From Limisphaerales bacterium (GTDB lineage Bacteria; Verrucomicrobiota; Verrucomicrobiia; Limisphaerales; JAYPEY01): a DNA stretch of 55,662 nt. This document shows, piece by piece, positions 26,428-35,463 of the stretch. Location: the NCBI GenBank assembly GCA_047618185.1, contig JBLHKZ010000002.1:1-55662 (forward strand). Reading direction: 5' to 3'. A model generated the notes under the pieces. The model saw nothing but the letters and a program-made list of their open reading frames with translations, had not been told where the DNA came from and did not search any database. Position 1 is the first letter of the stretch. Each line of letters begins with the position of its first letter. A program made the position numbers and the translations under genes.

Positions 26428-27837
26428 CTAAACCAGCTCCTTGATCGGGGCTCCGTGGTCGACCAGGTATTGGGGGCGTCCGGTCGTGTCCTGGACGGTG
26501 ATCGCGCGGGCGTCGAGGCCGAGGTTGTGATAGAGCGTGGCGATGACGTCCTGATACTGAATCGGGCGCGACGTGACATCTGACGCGGTGCGGTCGGTGG
26601 AGCCGATGACCTGACCTGTCTTGATGCCGCCGCCCGCCATGATGCCCATGCCAACGCGCGGCCAGTGATCGCGGCCGGCCTTGGCGTTGATCTTCGGCGT
26701 GCGGCCAAATTCTCCCCACGCCACGATCGACACGTCGTCCAGCATGCCCCGCTCTTCGAGGTCCTCCACCAGCGTCGTCAGCGCGTGATCGACGAGCGGA
26801 CCGATGGTGCGCATGCGATTGAAATTGTCGGAGTGCGTGTCGAAGTCGCTGATCGAAACGCTGACGCAGCGCACGCCGGCTTCGACGAGCCGTCGGGCGA
26901 GCAGCAACTTTCGCCCGGCCATGGCGCCTTCCATGGTGAAATTCTTCGGATCCGGATTCGGCACGCGCGGCGTGTAGCGCTCGAGCATTTTGGGATCCTC
27001 TTTCTCCAGATCCATCGCCTCGGCGAACTTTCCCGAGGTCAGGATGTTCACCGCCTGCTGGGTAAATTCATCGAGCGCGGACATCTGACCGGAGGCGTCG
27101 ATGTCGCGGCGAATGCGATCCATGTTTTTCAACAACGCGACGCGATCGCCCATCCGACCCGCGGTGAGGCCCTCGATCAGACCGAGATTGATCGTGTGGC
27201 CGGGGCCAAGCCTGGAAAGTTCGCCCTGCATGCCTTTCTCCAGCTCGCGATGGAACATATGCGAGATGTCCGGACGAAAGGGTTTGTAGGCCGGGCCGAG
27301 GAAGCCGGGGCGCGTGCTGTTCCGCACGAGGCCGCGACCCTGCATGATATCCACAAAGGTCGGCGCGGTGTCTTTCGGCGTTGCCAGCAATTTGGAAAGC
27401 ACGCAGCCCATGGCGGGCCGGCCGCCGATGGATTGGAGCTCCTTGAAGCTGTAGCCGCTCTGACATTGAAAGGCGTCGTGCCGGCCGGCGGAGCCCTGAA
27501 GCGAACGAAGAAAGGCGAACTTCCCGGCGGCTTTGGCCATGCGCGGCATGAGCTCGGTGAGATGCAGACCGGGGATCGCGGTGCGGATCGGCTTGAACTC
27601 GCCGCGATACTCGATTGGCGCATCGGGCTTGGGATCGATCATGTCCATCTGCGGCGGGCCGCCGTCGAGATGCACGTTGATGATCGCCTTGTTGGAGGAG
27701 CCGACGCCGGCGGTCGCCTCCGCGCGCAGGAGATCGGCAAAGCTCAGCCCGCCGATTCCCAATGCGCCCGCTTTCAGAAAGCTGCGCCGAGAAAGGCCGT
27801 CGCAATGTCGAAATTTGCCGGTGGCGAAAGTCAGCAT
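26428..27837 (-). CDS. DUF1501 domain protein, Tat signal (no adjacent DUF1553 partner)
   Basis: LSRRSFLKAGALGIGG, IVAWGEFGRTPKINAKAGRDHWPRVGMGIMAGGGIKTG. Confidence 0.92.
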   Translation of the reverse strand: MLTFATGKFRHCDGLSRRSFLKAGALGIGGLSFADLLRAEATAGVGSSNKAIINVHLDGGPPQMDMIDPKPDAPIEYRGEFKPIRTAIPGLHLTELMPRMAKAAGKFAFLRSLQGSAGRHDAFQCQSGYSFKELQSIGGRPAMGCVLSKLLATPKDTAPTFVDIMQGRGLVRNSTRPGFLGPAYKPFRPDISHMFHRELEKGMQGELSRLGPGHTINLGLIEGLTAGRMGDRVALLKNMDRIRRDIDASGQMSALDEFTQQAVNILTSGKFAEAMDLEKEDPKMLERYTPRVPNPDPKNFTMEGAMAGRKLLLARRLVEAGVRCVSVSISDFDTHSDNFNRMRTIGPLVDHALTTLVEDLEERGMLDDVSIVAWGEFGRTPKINAKAGRDHWPRVGMGIMAGGGIKTGQVIGSTDRTASDVTSRPIQYQDVIATLYHNLGLDARAITVQDTTGRPQYLVDHGAPIKELV

Positions 27838-27945
27838 GATCCGGTTCCAGTCAGTAATCGTGGATACAATAAGGATTGGCCGATTCGATCAAGGGGAATC
27901 GGGAGGCGAATAACGAGGGAAATCCGAAGCCCGAACAAATGAAAT

Positions 27946-28004
27946 GGGACACCGAGGACGGCGTCTGTCTCCGCTTTTGAGAGGGATGCCGTCCGCGATG
28001 TCCC
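27946..28004 (-). repeat. second copy of hairpin family R1, ~108 nt upstream of the DUF1501 start
   Basis: The minus-strand sequence GGGACATCGCGGACGGCATCCCTCTC...GAGACAGACGCCGTCCTCGGTGTCCC aligns with 16742-16800. Confidence 0.6.
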
Positions 28005-28276
28005 AATCCACATGAAACTGGATTGCCTAATTCCAACGGTTGTAGAATGATCCCCTCTGGCAACTCCGCAGGCGCGCCCGTCCAATGTCAGACAAAAATT
28101 CACTCCAGATTCAGCGACTGTTCTCTGCGGTTTCGTTCGTGCCTTTTTCCAAACGCTGCTCACCGTCGGCCGCGATTTTTCATTCGAGAAATTTGAGGCC
28201 TTTCTTTCCAAAATCCTGCGGACTTCCTGCGTCCACAGCTTCCGCCCCCCGGAGCGCATCCCGGTAAACACCCCGC

Positions 28277-29818
28277 ATGCAAACAGTCTATGACGTCATA
28301 GTCGTGGGCGGCGGCGGCAGCGGCCTCGCGGCGGCGGTCAGCGCGGCGGAACATGGCTGCGACGTGCTTCTGCTGGAGAAACAACCCGCCCTCGGCGGCA
28401 CAACAGGCATCGCGGTCGGCTCTTTTACCGCCAACCAAACTGCGCTGCAAAACACGGCTGGAATCGCCGACGATCTCGACGCTCACGCCGAAGACGCCGG
28501 GCAATTCGCGCCCGCCGACATCGAGGCGCGCAACAACGCCGAGCTGCGCCGCTTTTTCCTCAGTCACACCGCCGAAACGCTGAACTGGCTTTCCAATCTC
28601 GGCCTCTCCTTCTACGGCCCTTCTCCCGAGCCGCCCAATCGCGTCGCGCGGATGCACAACGTCATTCCCGCCGCCAAGGCCTACATCGCGACGCTCCAGG
28701 CCCGACTGCTCAAACTCGGCGGGACCATCCGCTGCCGGGCCGCAGTCAAGTCGCTGCACCAACCCGTCGATCGCGTGGAAGGCGTCGAGGCGGTCATCAA
28801 GGGCGGCAAGACAATTTCCTTTCGCGCAAAGCGAGGCGTCGTGTTGGCGGCCGGCGACTATGCCAACGCGCCCGAGATTATCGCCCGGATGAAAGGCGAG
28901 CAGTTCGCCCGAATTGAGGGAATCAATCCGAACGCTGGCGGCGACGGGCATTTGCTGGCCCAGGCCGCCGGGGCTCAACTCCTGAACATGGACGTCACCT
29001 ACGGCCCCGAGCTGAGGTTCATTCCGCCGCCAGGAAAAACCTTTCACCAACTCCTCCCCGCCAGCGGCCCGATCGCAAAACTCATGGGCAAGGCGATGGC
29101 CTTCACGCCGAAATTTATCATTCACGCCCTCATCAAGCGTCTGCTGGTCACCTGGCAGCATCCCGAGAATGCGCTCTTCGACAATGGCGCCATCCTGATC
29201 AACCAACACGGCCAACGTTTTTGTGACGAAAAAGTCTGGCCCGATCGCGAGATCGCCCTGGCCCATCAGCCCGACAAGCAGGCCTACATCCTGCTCGATC
29301 AACGACTTGCGGAACTCTATTCGAAATGGCCGAATTTCATCTCGACCGCGCCAAAGATCGCCTACGCCTACGTCAAGGACTACCTGAAGCTGCGCCCCGA
29401 CATCGCAATCTCCGCCAGCACGATCGATGTCGCCGCTGAGAGCCGCGGCCTCTCCTCCGAAGCAATCTACGAGACCGTGAAAAATTTTAATCGCGGCGTG
29501 CGCAGACTGGCGGGCGATCCCTTCGGCCGAACGGGCGACGCGCACGAATTGAAAGGCAACCGCTGGGCTTTGCTCGGTCCCGCGCGCGCCTGGTTCACGA
29601 CCACCGAAGGCGGCGCCGCGATCGATGAGCGGCTCCAGGCCCTCGACGAACACGGCCTGCACATCCCCGGCCTCTACGCAGTCGGACAAAACGGCCTCGG
29701 CGGCCAGATTCTCTGGGGCCACGGACTGCACATCGCCTGGGCGCTGACCAGCGGACGACTGGTCGGCAAGGTTCTTGGCTCCGAGGCGCCCGACGCCGAC
29801 GCCCATCAATTGGATTGA
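28277..29818 (+). CDS. FAD-dependent oxidoreductase (KstD / fumarate-reductase flavoprotein-like)
   Basis: Dinucleotide fold YDVIVVGGGGSGLAAAVSAAEHGCDVLLLEK...GGTT. C-terminal GLYAVGQNG. Confidence 0.88.
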   Translation: MQTVYDVIVVGGGGSGLAAAVSAAEHGCDVLLLEKQPALGGTTGIAVGSFTANQTALQNTAGIADDLDAHAEDAGQFAPADIEARNNAELRRFFLSHTAETLNWLSNLGLSFYGPSPEPPNRVARMHNVIPAAKAYIATLQARLLKLGGTIRCRAAVKSLHQPVDRVEGVEAVIKGGKTISFRAKRGVVLAAGDYANAPEIIARMKGEQFARIEGINPNAGGDGHLLAQAAGAQLLNMDVTYGPELRFIPPPGKTFHQLLPASGPIAKLMGKAMAFTPKFIIHALIKRLLVTWQHPENALFDNGAILINQHGQRFCDEKVWPDREIALAHQPDKQAYILLDQRLAELYSKWPNFISTAPKIAYAYVKDYLKLRPDIAISASTIDVAAESRGLSSEAIYETVKNFNRGVRRLAGDPFGRTGDAHELKGNRWALLGPARAWFTTTEGGAAIDERLQALDEHGLHIPGLYAVGQNGLGGQILWGHGLHIAWALTSGRLVGKVLGSEAPDADAHQLD

Positions 29819-29882
29819 TGTGGCGGCGGGATTTCTTCATCGTCCGGTCGAATTCGATCGACGCACAGAACACGCGATTCAG

Positions 29883-30764
29883 ATGAAATTTTTCGAAACC
29901 AAACTCCGCCGCGGCCTGTTTCTGATCGCGGGAATGGCGCTCATAGCGAGCGTGATTCCGGGCGCCGCGGCTGAAAGACCCGCCGTCGCATCACCGCAGC
30001 CAGTGGTGCGCCAATACCTGTCCGCGCTGAGAACCGGCGATCTCGACGCTGCCGTAAAACTCACCGCCACCATCGAGAATGTGCCTTCAGGCCAGATTCT
30101 CGACGGCCTCGCGAAATATTCAAAATCACTACGCGAGCAAGAGGTTGAAACGATCGTCCACGAGGCGCGCGCGACCGAGAATTGCGCGGTCGTTATCATC
30201 GAACAAATTCGGCGAACGCAGCAGGTCCGGCCCAGCCTGATGCCCATCATGCTGATCAAACAGGACGACGCCTGGAAAGTTTTGCCAAAGCTGAACGCCG
30301 AACAACGCAAGACGGCGCTGACCGACGATCAAACCGCGAGCGTCAAGGAACTCGGGAAATGGTTCTACCAGAAAATCGGGGAGATCGAGACGCGCTCCCG
30401 CGACGACTACGGCAAGCAGCTGCCGATCGAAGCCGGATCGCTGGCCGGGGCTTGGACCCGCACGGCTTCCGAGACCATGACGATATTCGCTTTCAAAAAG
30501 TCCGGCGACTTCGACGAGACGATCGTCACGGGAGGAAAGCTCACCTCCCGCCTCGCTGGGAAATGGACACTCGCCGACAAGCGGCTAAAGCTTTCCTACA
30601 ACGAGTCCGCCGCCGCGGGAAAAGTCTCGGACCAACGCGTCATCGTGATCATGCGCAACCTGCTCGGGCTACAGGTCAAGGGCGAGAAAAAGCGCATCTG
30701 GCGACGCATCTCCAACGAGACGCGCCGAAAGCTTCTTGAGGAACTCGAGAAAGGTCAAAAATGA
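29883..30764 (+). CDS. secreted hypothetical protein (NTF2-like N-half, lipocalin-like C-half by composition)
   Basis: ATG at 29883 gives the signal MKFFETKLRRGLFLIAGMALIASVIPGAAA. VVRQYLSALRTGDLDAAVKL...DDAWKVLP, then WTRTASETMTIFAFKKSGDF...GKWTLADKRLKLSY. Confidence 0.7.
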   Translation: MKFFETKLRRGLFLIAGMALIASVIPGAAAERPAVASPQPVVRQYLSALRTGDLDAAVKLTATIENVPSGQILDGLAKYSKSLREQEVETIVHEARATENCAVVIIEQIRRTQQVRPSLMPIMLIKQDDAWKVLPKLNAEQRKTALTDDQTASVKELGKWFYQKIGEIETRSRDDYGKQLPIEAGSLAGAWTRTASETMTIFAFKKSGDFDETIVTGGKLTSRLAGKWTLADKRLKLSYNESAAAGKVSDQRVIVIMRNLLGLQVKGEKKRIWRRISNETRRKLLEELEKGQK

Positions 30765-30802
30765 CAGAGCATCCCTTGACCGATTTGCTAACCTGAACGC
30801 CG

Positions 30803-32071
30803 ATGAGTAATCCCTTTCATGACGAGAAGGGCGATACGGACTCCATGCCGGAAGATCTGGTGATTTATATTTGCGAACATTGCGGAGAGCGATTTGACGC
30901 CGCCGAATCGGATGTCGCCCACGTGGTCGCCTGTCCCCACTGCCAGACTGAGACCGTCCTCGGCGTCCGGGAAAACCCCGACGCCCTGGAGCCGGAGCTT
31001 GAGCCGGCGGAGACGATTACCGTCCAGCCCGCCAAGCAAACGCCGGTCACGGGCAACGTCGTCACCGCGCCGGCGAAACCGGAGCCGGCGCCCACGCTGT
31101 CCGCTCCTCCCGAGGATTTGAAGTCCGGCGATTCCCTCGTGAAATGCAAGGACTGCGACAAGGTGATCAGCAAACTGGCTGAGGCCTGCCCCAGCTGCGG
31201 CCGGCCTCAGAAGGTCAAACCCAGTATTTTCTACTACGTTTTTACCGGCACCATGTCGTTCGTCCTGACGGGGATTTTCATTCTCGCAGCGCTGGTTTTC
31301 ATTCTCGAAAGCTACTTTCCCGACTTCTACGAACGCGCCGTCATCAAAGGCATCGTCCTGCGCCTTACCGAAACGGATGAACATGCCAAGGACGCCATTC
31401 CGCTGCAAAAAAACGTCGCGACGACAAACCAGGCAAGCCAGGCGACGACACCGCCAAGCGAAGAGGAAGTCGCCACCTTTGAGCGCATGCTGAAGAAGAC
31501 GAAGGCGGGCGATCCCGCGGCGCAGCACTACATCGGCTATTGCTACGACATGGGTCAGGGCGTGGAGCAGAACGACAGCCAGGCCTACGAATGGTATTTC
31601 AAGGCCGCCCTCAACGGTTCCGCCGAAGCCCAATCCAATCTCGCGGGCATGTTCATGGACGGCCGCGGCGGCATACAGGACTACGCCTCCGCGCTTCATT
31701 GGTATACAGAAGCTGCCAAGCAGGATCTTCCCTGGGCGCAGTTCAATCTCGGGACGCTCTACGACAAGGGACTCGGCGTGCCGCAAAATTACAAGGAAGC
31801 CTTCACGTGGTACTACCGGGCCGCCGACTCCGGCGACCCCAACGCGCAGTTCAATGTCGCCATGATGCACTTCGACGGACAGGGCGCGAATCTCGATCTC
31901 GTCCAGGCTCTCAAGTGGGCGGTCCTGGCCTCCAGCAAGGGCCACGAAGGAGCCGAGGAGCTGCGCCGCGCCCTGACGGAAAGCGACAAGCGCCTGACGC
32001 AGGAGCAAATCACTCAGGCCCAACGCGAAGCCTCGGACTTCAAGCCCCGCAAAGCAGCCGGCAAGAAATGA
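30803..32071 (+). CDS. double zinc-ribbon / TM / Sel1-repeat protein
   Basis: CEHCGERF...CPHCQTE and CKDCDKVI...CPSCGRP. TM IFYYVFTGTMSFVLTGIFILAALVFIL. About five Sel1 repeats (AQHYIGYCYDMGQGVEQNDSQAYEWYFKAA...). Confidence 0.85.
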   Translation: MSNPFHDEKGDTDSMPEDLVIYICEHCGERFDAAESDVAHVVACPHCQTETVLGVRENPDALEPELEPAETITVQPAKQTPVTGNVVTAPAKPEPAPTLSAPPEDLKSGDSLVKCKDCDKVISKLAEACPSCGRPQKVKPSIFYYVFTGTMSFVLTGIFILAALVFILESYFPDFYERAVIKGIVLRLTETDEHAKDAIPLQKNVATTNQASQATTPPSEEEVATFERMLKKTKAGDPAAQHYIGYCYDMGQGVEQNDSQAYEWYFKAALNGSAEAQSNLAGMFMDGRGGIQDYASALHWYTEAAKQDLPWAQFNLGTLYDKGLGVPQNYKEAFTWYYRAADSGDPNAQFNVAMMHFDGQGANLDLVQALKWAVLASSKGHEGAEELRRALTESDKRLTQEQITQAQREASDFKPRKAAGKK

Positions 32072-32415
32072 GCGGCGCTTCCCGGTGATCCTCGCGCGAT
32101 TCGTCTGAAAAACGAGTTCGACTCAAGGCCACATCGAGCCACTCGGGCTCGGTCTAACGCCGGCGCCAAGGTCTGGGTCCATCGCAAGGGCGCGACGCCC
32201 GCCGGTGGTTGGGCCGAAGCGGCCGAGACGCCCACTTCAGCCCGCGGGACGCGGACGCCACCCTAGTCAGCCAATTCGCGTCGACGTGGCCCAAGCGCCG
32301 TATTTGCAGAAGTATGATAGTTCGCAAGCTCATGCGTAAGCCCTGCAAGAATGTCCCCTTCATTCTGGACGCCTTCGAGCGCTCCTTCCGTCGCAGGCCC
32401 CAGGTCTCCCCAAGG

Positions 32416-33519
32416 CTATTGGGCCGGCGCCTCCCAGAGGGCGACGCCCATGTGGTAGCGATTATGGCCGGCGACGCTCTTGGAGTAGTAGGCGGTCACG
32501 ATCTTGCCGTCGGCGCGTTGCACACTGCTGGGATAGCCGCAGTCGCGCTCGAGTGAATGGATCAACCGGACGGGTTTGCTCCAGGTCTTCCCCTCGTCCG
32601 CGCTGAATTTGGCCAGGACGCCCCATTGACCGACGGCGACTCGGTTTCCGTAGCTGAGCAAGAGGCGTCCGTCTTTCAGGCGAAGCAGGTGGCCGTTGAT
32701 TTCATTGCGGCCGGTCACGCGTTGCGGCCCTTGCCAGGTCGCGCCGTCGTCGTCGGAGCGATACAGCTCCATGGCATCGATCCGATTGGCCGCCATCCAA
32801 CTCCGGCCGTCCAGATGCAGGATCGTTGTCTCATTATGCTTCGGCCCGATGGTGGAAACCTTCTTCCAGGTCCAACCGTCGTCATCGCTTCGAAAGTAGG
32901 TGGATTCCCAGCCAGCGGTCTTGTACGACTTCGCCGGCTCCTTCAATTTGCCGGCGTAGCACGAAACGCGCACCGAGCCATCCGGCGCCGGCACGATATC
33001 GCCAAAGGGAATAAAGGGCGACCAGCCGGGCTTGTTGTCCGGAAACTCCGCGCGGCGCGTCCAGGTGCGACCGCCGTCGCTGGAGCGACAGACCTGAACG
33101 TTGAGGATGCCGTCGCGAAAGGCGGCTTGCTTGGGGCGCTCGGGTTGCTTCTCATTCGTCCAACCGGAACAGAGGACGATCAAGTCGCCGTTGCCCGCCA
33201 GGCCGGCGGCGACGTTCATGCGCACCGTGTCGGGTTTGTTCGGCGCCGGGTTGCCGCGTTTTTCCCAGAGCGCGCCGCCCTTGCTCGCCCAGCATTCCAC
33301 GTCGCCCTCCATCTGTCCGTGACTCGGCCGATTGTGAATGATCGAGACAATTGTTCCGTCGCGCAGCTGCGTGAGATTCGGCCACGAGCAAACATTATCG
33401 ACCGCGATGAAGCGTTGGATGGACGCGGGCTCAGGGGCGTCGGCTGCGTCGGCTTGAGAGAACCACGAAAGACACAGAAGACACGAAAGGCTAAGTTTCC
33501 TGATAATCACGGCGGGCAT
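32416..33519 (-). CDS. exo-alpha-sialidase-like BNR-repeat beta-propeller protein
   Basis: Four Asp-boxes: SSDGGRTW, SDDDGWTW, SDDDGATW, SADEGKTW. The track start at 33549 is TTG. ATG at 33519 gives MPAVIIRKLSLSCLLCLSWFSQADA. Confidence 0.85.
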   Translation of the reverse strand: MPAVIIRKLSLSCLLCLSWFSQADAADAPEPASIQRFIAVDNVCSWPNLTQLRDGTIVSIIHNRPSHGQMEGDVECWASKGGALWEKRGNPAPNKPDTVRMNVAAGLAGNGDLIVLCSGWTNEKQPERPKQAAFRDGILNVQVCRSSDGGRTWTRRAEFPDNKPGWSPFIPFGDIVPAPDGSVRVSCYAGKLKEPAKSYKTAGWESTYFRSDDDGWTWKKVSTIGPKHNETTILHLDGRSWMAANRIDAMELYRSDDDGATWQGPQRVTGRNEINGHLLRLKDGRLLLSYGNRVAVGQWGVLAKFSADEGKTWSKPVRLIHSLERDCGYPSSVQRADGKIVTAYYSKSVAGHNRYHMGVALWEAPAQ

Positions 33520-33817
33520 TCTGCGCGCGGTGTGGCGCTCGTCAATCAATTGCGGAGTCCGTCATCTCGAGCGATCCGCCGGCCAAGCCCGGGGATCAGG
33601 TCGATTGCGCTTCCGCCTCGGCGGCGACGAGTTTCTCCCGCAACTCACCCAACGCCCGCTTGCGAGGCTCCTGGGCGTTTCTGACTTCGCGCCGAATTGC
33701 GTGGATTGTCCCGAACAGTGTCACCGCCATCAACGGCCAAAGCCATCCGGGCTTTGTGTCATATTGAAACCCAGATCGAAGGACAGCAAACGACGAACTC
33801 TGGGCGTTCAGCCCGCC

Positions 33818-35188
33818 TCAAAGCTGATGCCTGATGAAGGGGGCGATCAACCGAAACGAGCGTAGCTTGAAAACCTTCCAGCAGGAAACGCCCGGAAACC
33901 TTCGCTTGTGACCCGCGGGCCGGCCGCGCTCGTCAATGCGCATCGACTCCTTCAAATGGCGATCCATGACTCGGCGCAAACCATCGGCCAACGTTTGATT
34001 TCGAACCACCCACGCAAGCTCGGTGTTCAGATTCGCGGAGCGCGGGTCGAGGTTGAAAGTCCCGATCACCGCCGTCTCGCCATCGATGACGGCGGCCTTG
34101 GTGTGAAGACAATCGACGCCCGCGTACTCCCACAGCTCCACGCCTCGCTCCACCAGTTTCTTCCGTTCCCCGATATAGCCGGACTGGGCCAAAATGGCGT
34201 CTGTGGACTTGAGCGAATTGGTGAGAATGCGCACACGCACACCGCGCGCCCGGGCCCGATCGATCGCCGCCCAGAATGCGCGAGTCGGTATCAAATAGGG
34301 CGACTCGATGAGCAATTCGGAGGTCGCGGAGTCCATCAACGCCAACAGACCGTCTTTGACCTTCAGCGAGTGTTCCTCGGATTCAACCGGATCGTGCAGA
34401 AACTCGATCGGCCCCACCTCGATCGAAAGCGGCGGATCGGACGGTCCATTCTCTCGATAGGCGGCAATTCGCTCTTTCAACCAGAGTTCATATTTATCGA
34501 GTTTCTTTGACGCCCAACGCCGCCTCGGGCGCGACACATAAACTTTGCTCGATCGCACGTGGCCGCTGTTCCACATCGTCATGAAATACTCGTTGGCATG
34601 GGCGGCGGAATCCCCGCGAGTCAGGATGTCCAAGTCGATATAGTTGCGGCGGAAGATCTGACGTCCCAGCCCGAAGTAGGGACTCTCGATGTTTCGCCCG
34701 CCGCCAATCATGACCTCACCATCGGCAAGCAGCAGCTTGTCGTGAAGTCGGCGCGTGATCCGATCCGGCCGGAGTGGGTCCAACGGATGGTAAACCCTGA
34801 TCTGCACGCCCTCCTCAATCAGATGCGCCTCCACCGAAGCTGGAATCTTGTTCCACTGGGCATCGACCAGCAGGCGAACGGTCAGGCCGCGCCGCGCGGC
34901 GTCCCGCAAAAGGGTCAACCCGGTAAGCGTGACGGGATCATGCCCGACGATGAAATAGGCGGCGTGAATCTCCTTCTTCGCGTCGACAATCATCCGCACC
35001 CGCTCCTCGGCCGCCTCGTGCGGCGTATGCAGCAGCCGCGCTTGATCGGCCGCGGCCACCTGGCAAACGAAGGCCAGCAAAATGCAGCGGATCAAGCGGA
35101 AGCAGGATCGAGTTGAGCGCGTCACAGAAGTCGTATTTTCCACGAACGGACGAATCGCGTCAATCAAAGCCGGACCAGGGGGAGTCAC
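33818..35188 (-). CDS. phospholipase D / cardiolipin-synthase-like protein (two HKD motifs)
   Basis: HDKLLLADGEVMIGGGRNI and HTKAAVIDGETAVIGTFNLDPRS. GTG start at 35188 (alternative GTG at 35125 before the signal-like CFRLIRCILLAFVCQVAAA). Confidence 0.85.
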   Translation of the reverse strand: MTPPGPALIDAIRPFVENTTSVTRSTRSCFRLIRCILLAFVCQVAAADQARLLHTPHEAAEERVRMIVDAKKEIHAAYFIVGHDPVTLTGLTLLRDAARRGLTVRLLVDAQWNKIPASVEAHLIEEGVQIRVYHPLDPLRPDRITRRLHDKLLLADGEVMIGGGRNIESPYFGLGRQIFRRNYIDLDILTRGDSAAHANEYFMTMWNSGHVRSSKVYVSRPRRRWASKKLDKYELWLKERIAAYRENGPSDPPLSIEVGPIEFLHDPVESEEHSLKVKDGLLALMDSATSELLIESPYLIPTRAFWAAIDRARARGVRVRILTNSLKSTDAILAQSGYIGERKKLVERGVELWEYAGVDCLHTKAAVIDGETAVIGTFNLDPRSANLNTELAWVVRNQTLADGLRRVMDRHLKESMRIDERGRPAGHKRRFPGVSCWKVFKLRSFRLIAPFIRHQL

Positions 35189-35463
35189 AGACGTTTAATT
35201 GGACGCAGGTGGCGTCGGCGATGGACTTCAGAGGATAGATCGAGCGAACCCACCCCGAGTTTTCCACTGACTCTGTATCTTACCGCCACCGCATCGATCT
35301 CGATCTGTAGATTTGGAACGGCCAGTTCGATGACGCCGACGGCGGTCGAGGCGGGAAAAGGCTCCACGAGAAAGTCCTGTCGCGCCGCCGCGCAACAGAC
35401 CAGCGCTCCCAGGCGGGTCATACCCGGCGAGGACTGTGCGTCATCCAGAATGGATCGCGCCAT
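35185..35463 (-). CDS. possible small ORF (92 aa) filling the acyltransferase-PLD spacer
   Basis: ATG start. GC-rich third positions over the first two thirds. Its TGA overlaps the putative PLD GTG (GTGA). No family recognised, so it could be non-coding. Confidence 0.25.
   Translation of the reverse strand: MARSILDDAQSSPGMTRLGALVCCAAARQDFLVEPFPASTAVGVIELAVPNLQIEIDAVAVRYRVSGKLGVGSLDLSSEVHRRRHLRPIKRL

Noticed and set aside
26290-26583. 97-aa ORF (MAWDSLMIPNAAADVRRLKLG...SLLTSAAAE...).
   Set aside because: Its N-terminal half is simply the translation of the R5 palindrome, and its C-terminal half is antisense to the DUF1501 gene.
32117-32258. Plus-strand translation ...AKVWVHRKGATPAG resembling the RtcB HRKGAT motif, considered as a possible RtcB gene relic.
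   Set aside because: Only about 10-13 residues of similarity, with no flanking RtcB motifs (for example PGSMG). This is too short to call without a search.
33590-33730. Small minus-strand ORF MAVTLFGTIHAIRREVRNAQEPRKRALGELREKLVAAEAEAQST (~45 aa) between the sialidase-like and PLD genes.
   Set aside because: The hydrophobic segment is cut by the only available start codon and there is no recognisable family. It is below the ORF-track length cutoff and unsupported.
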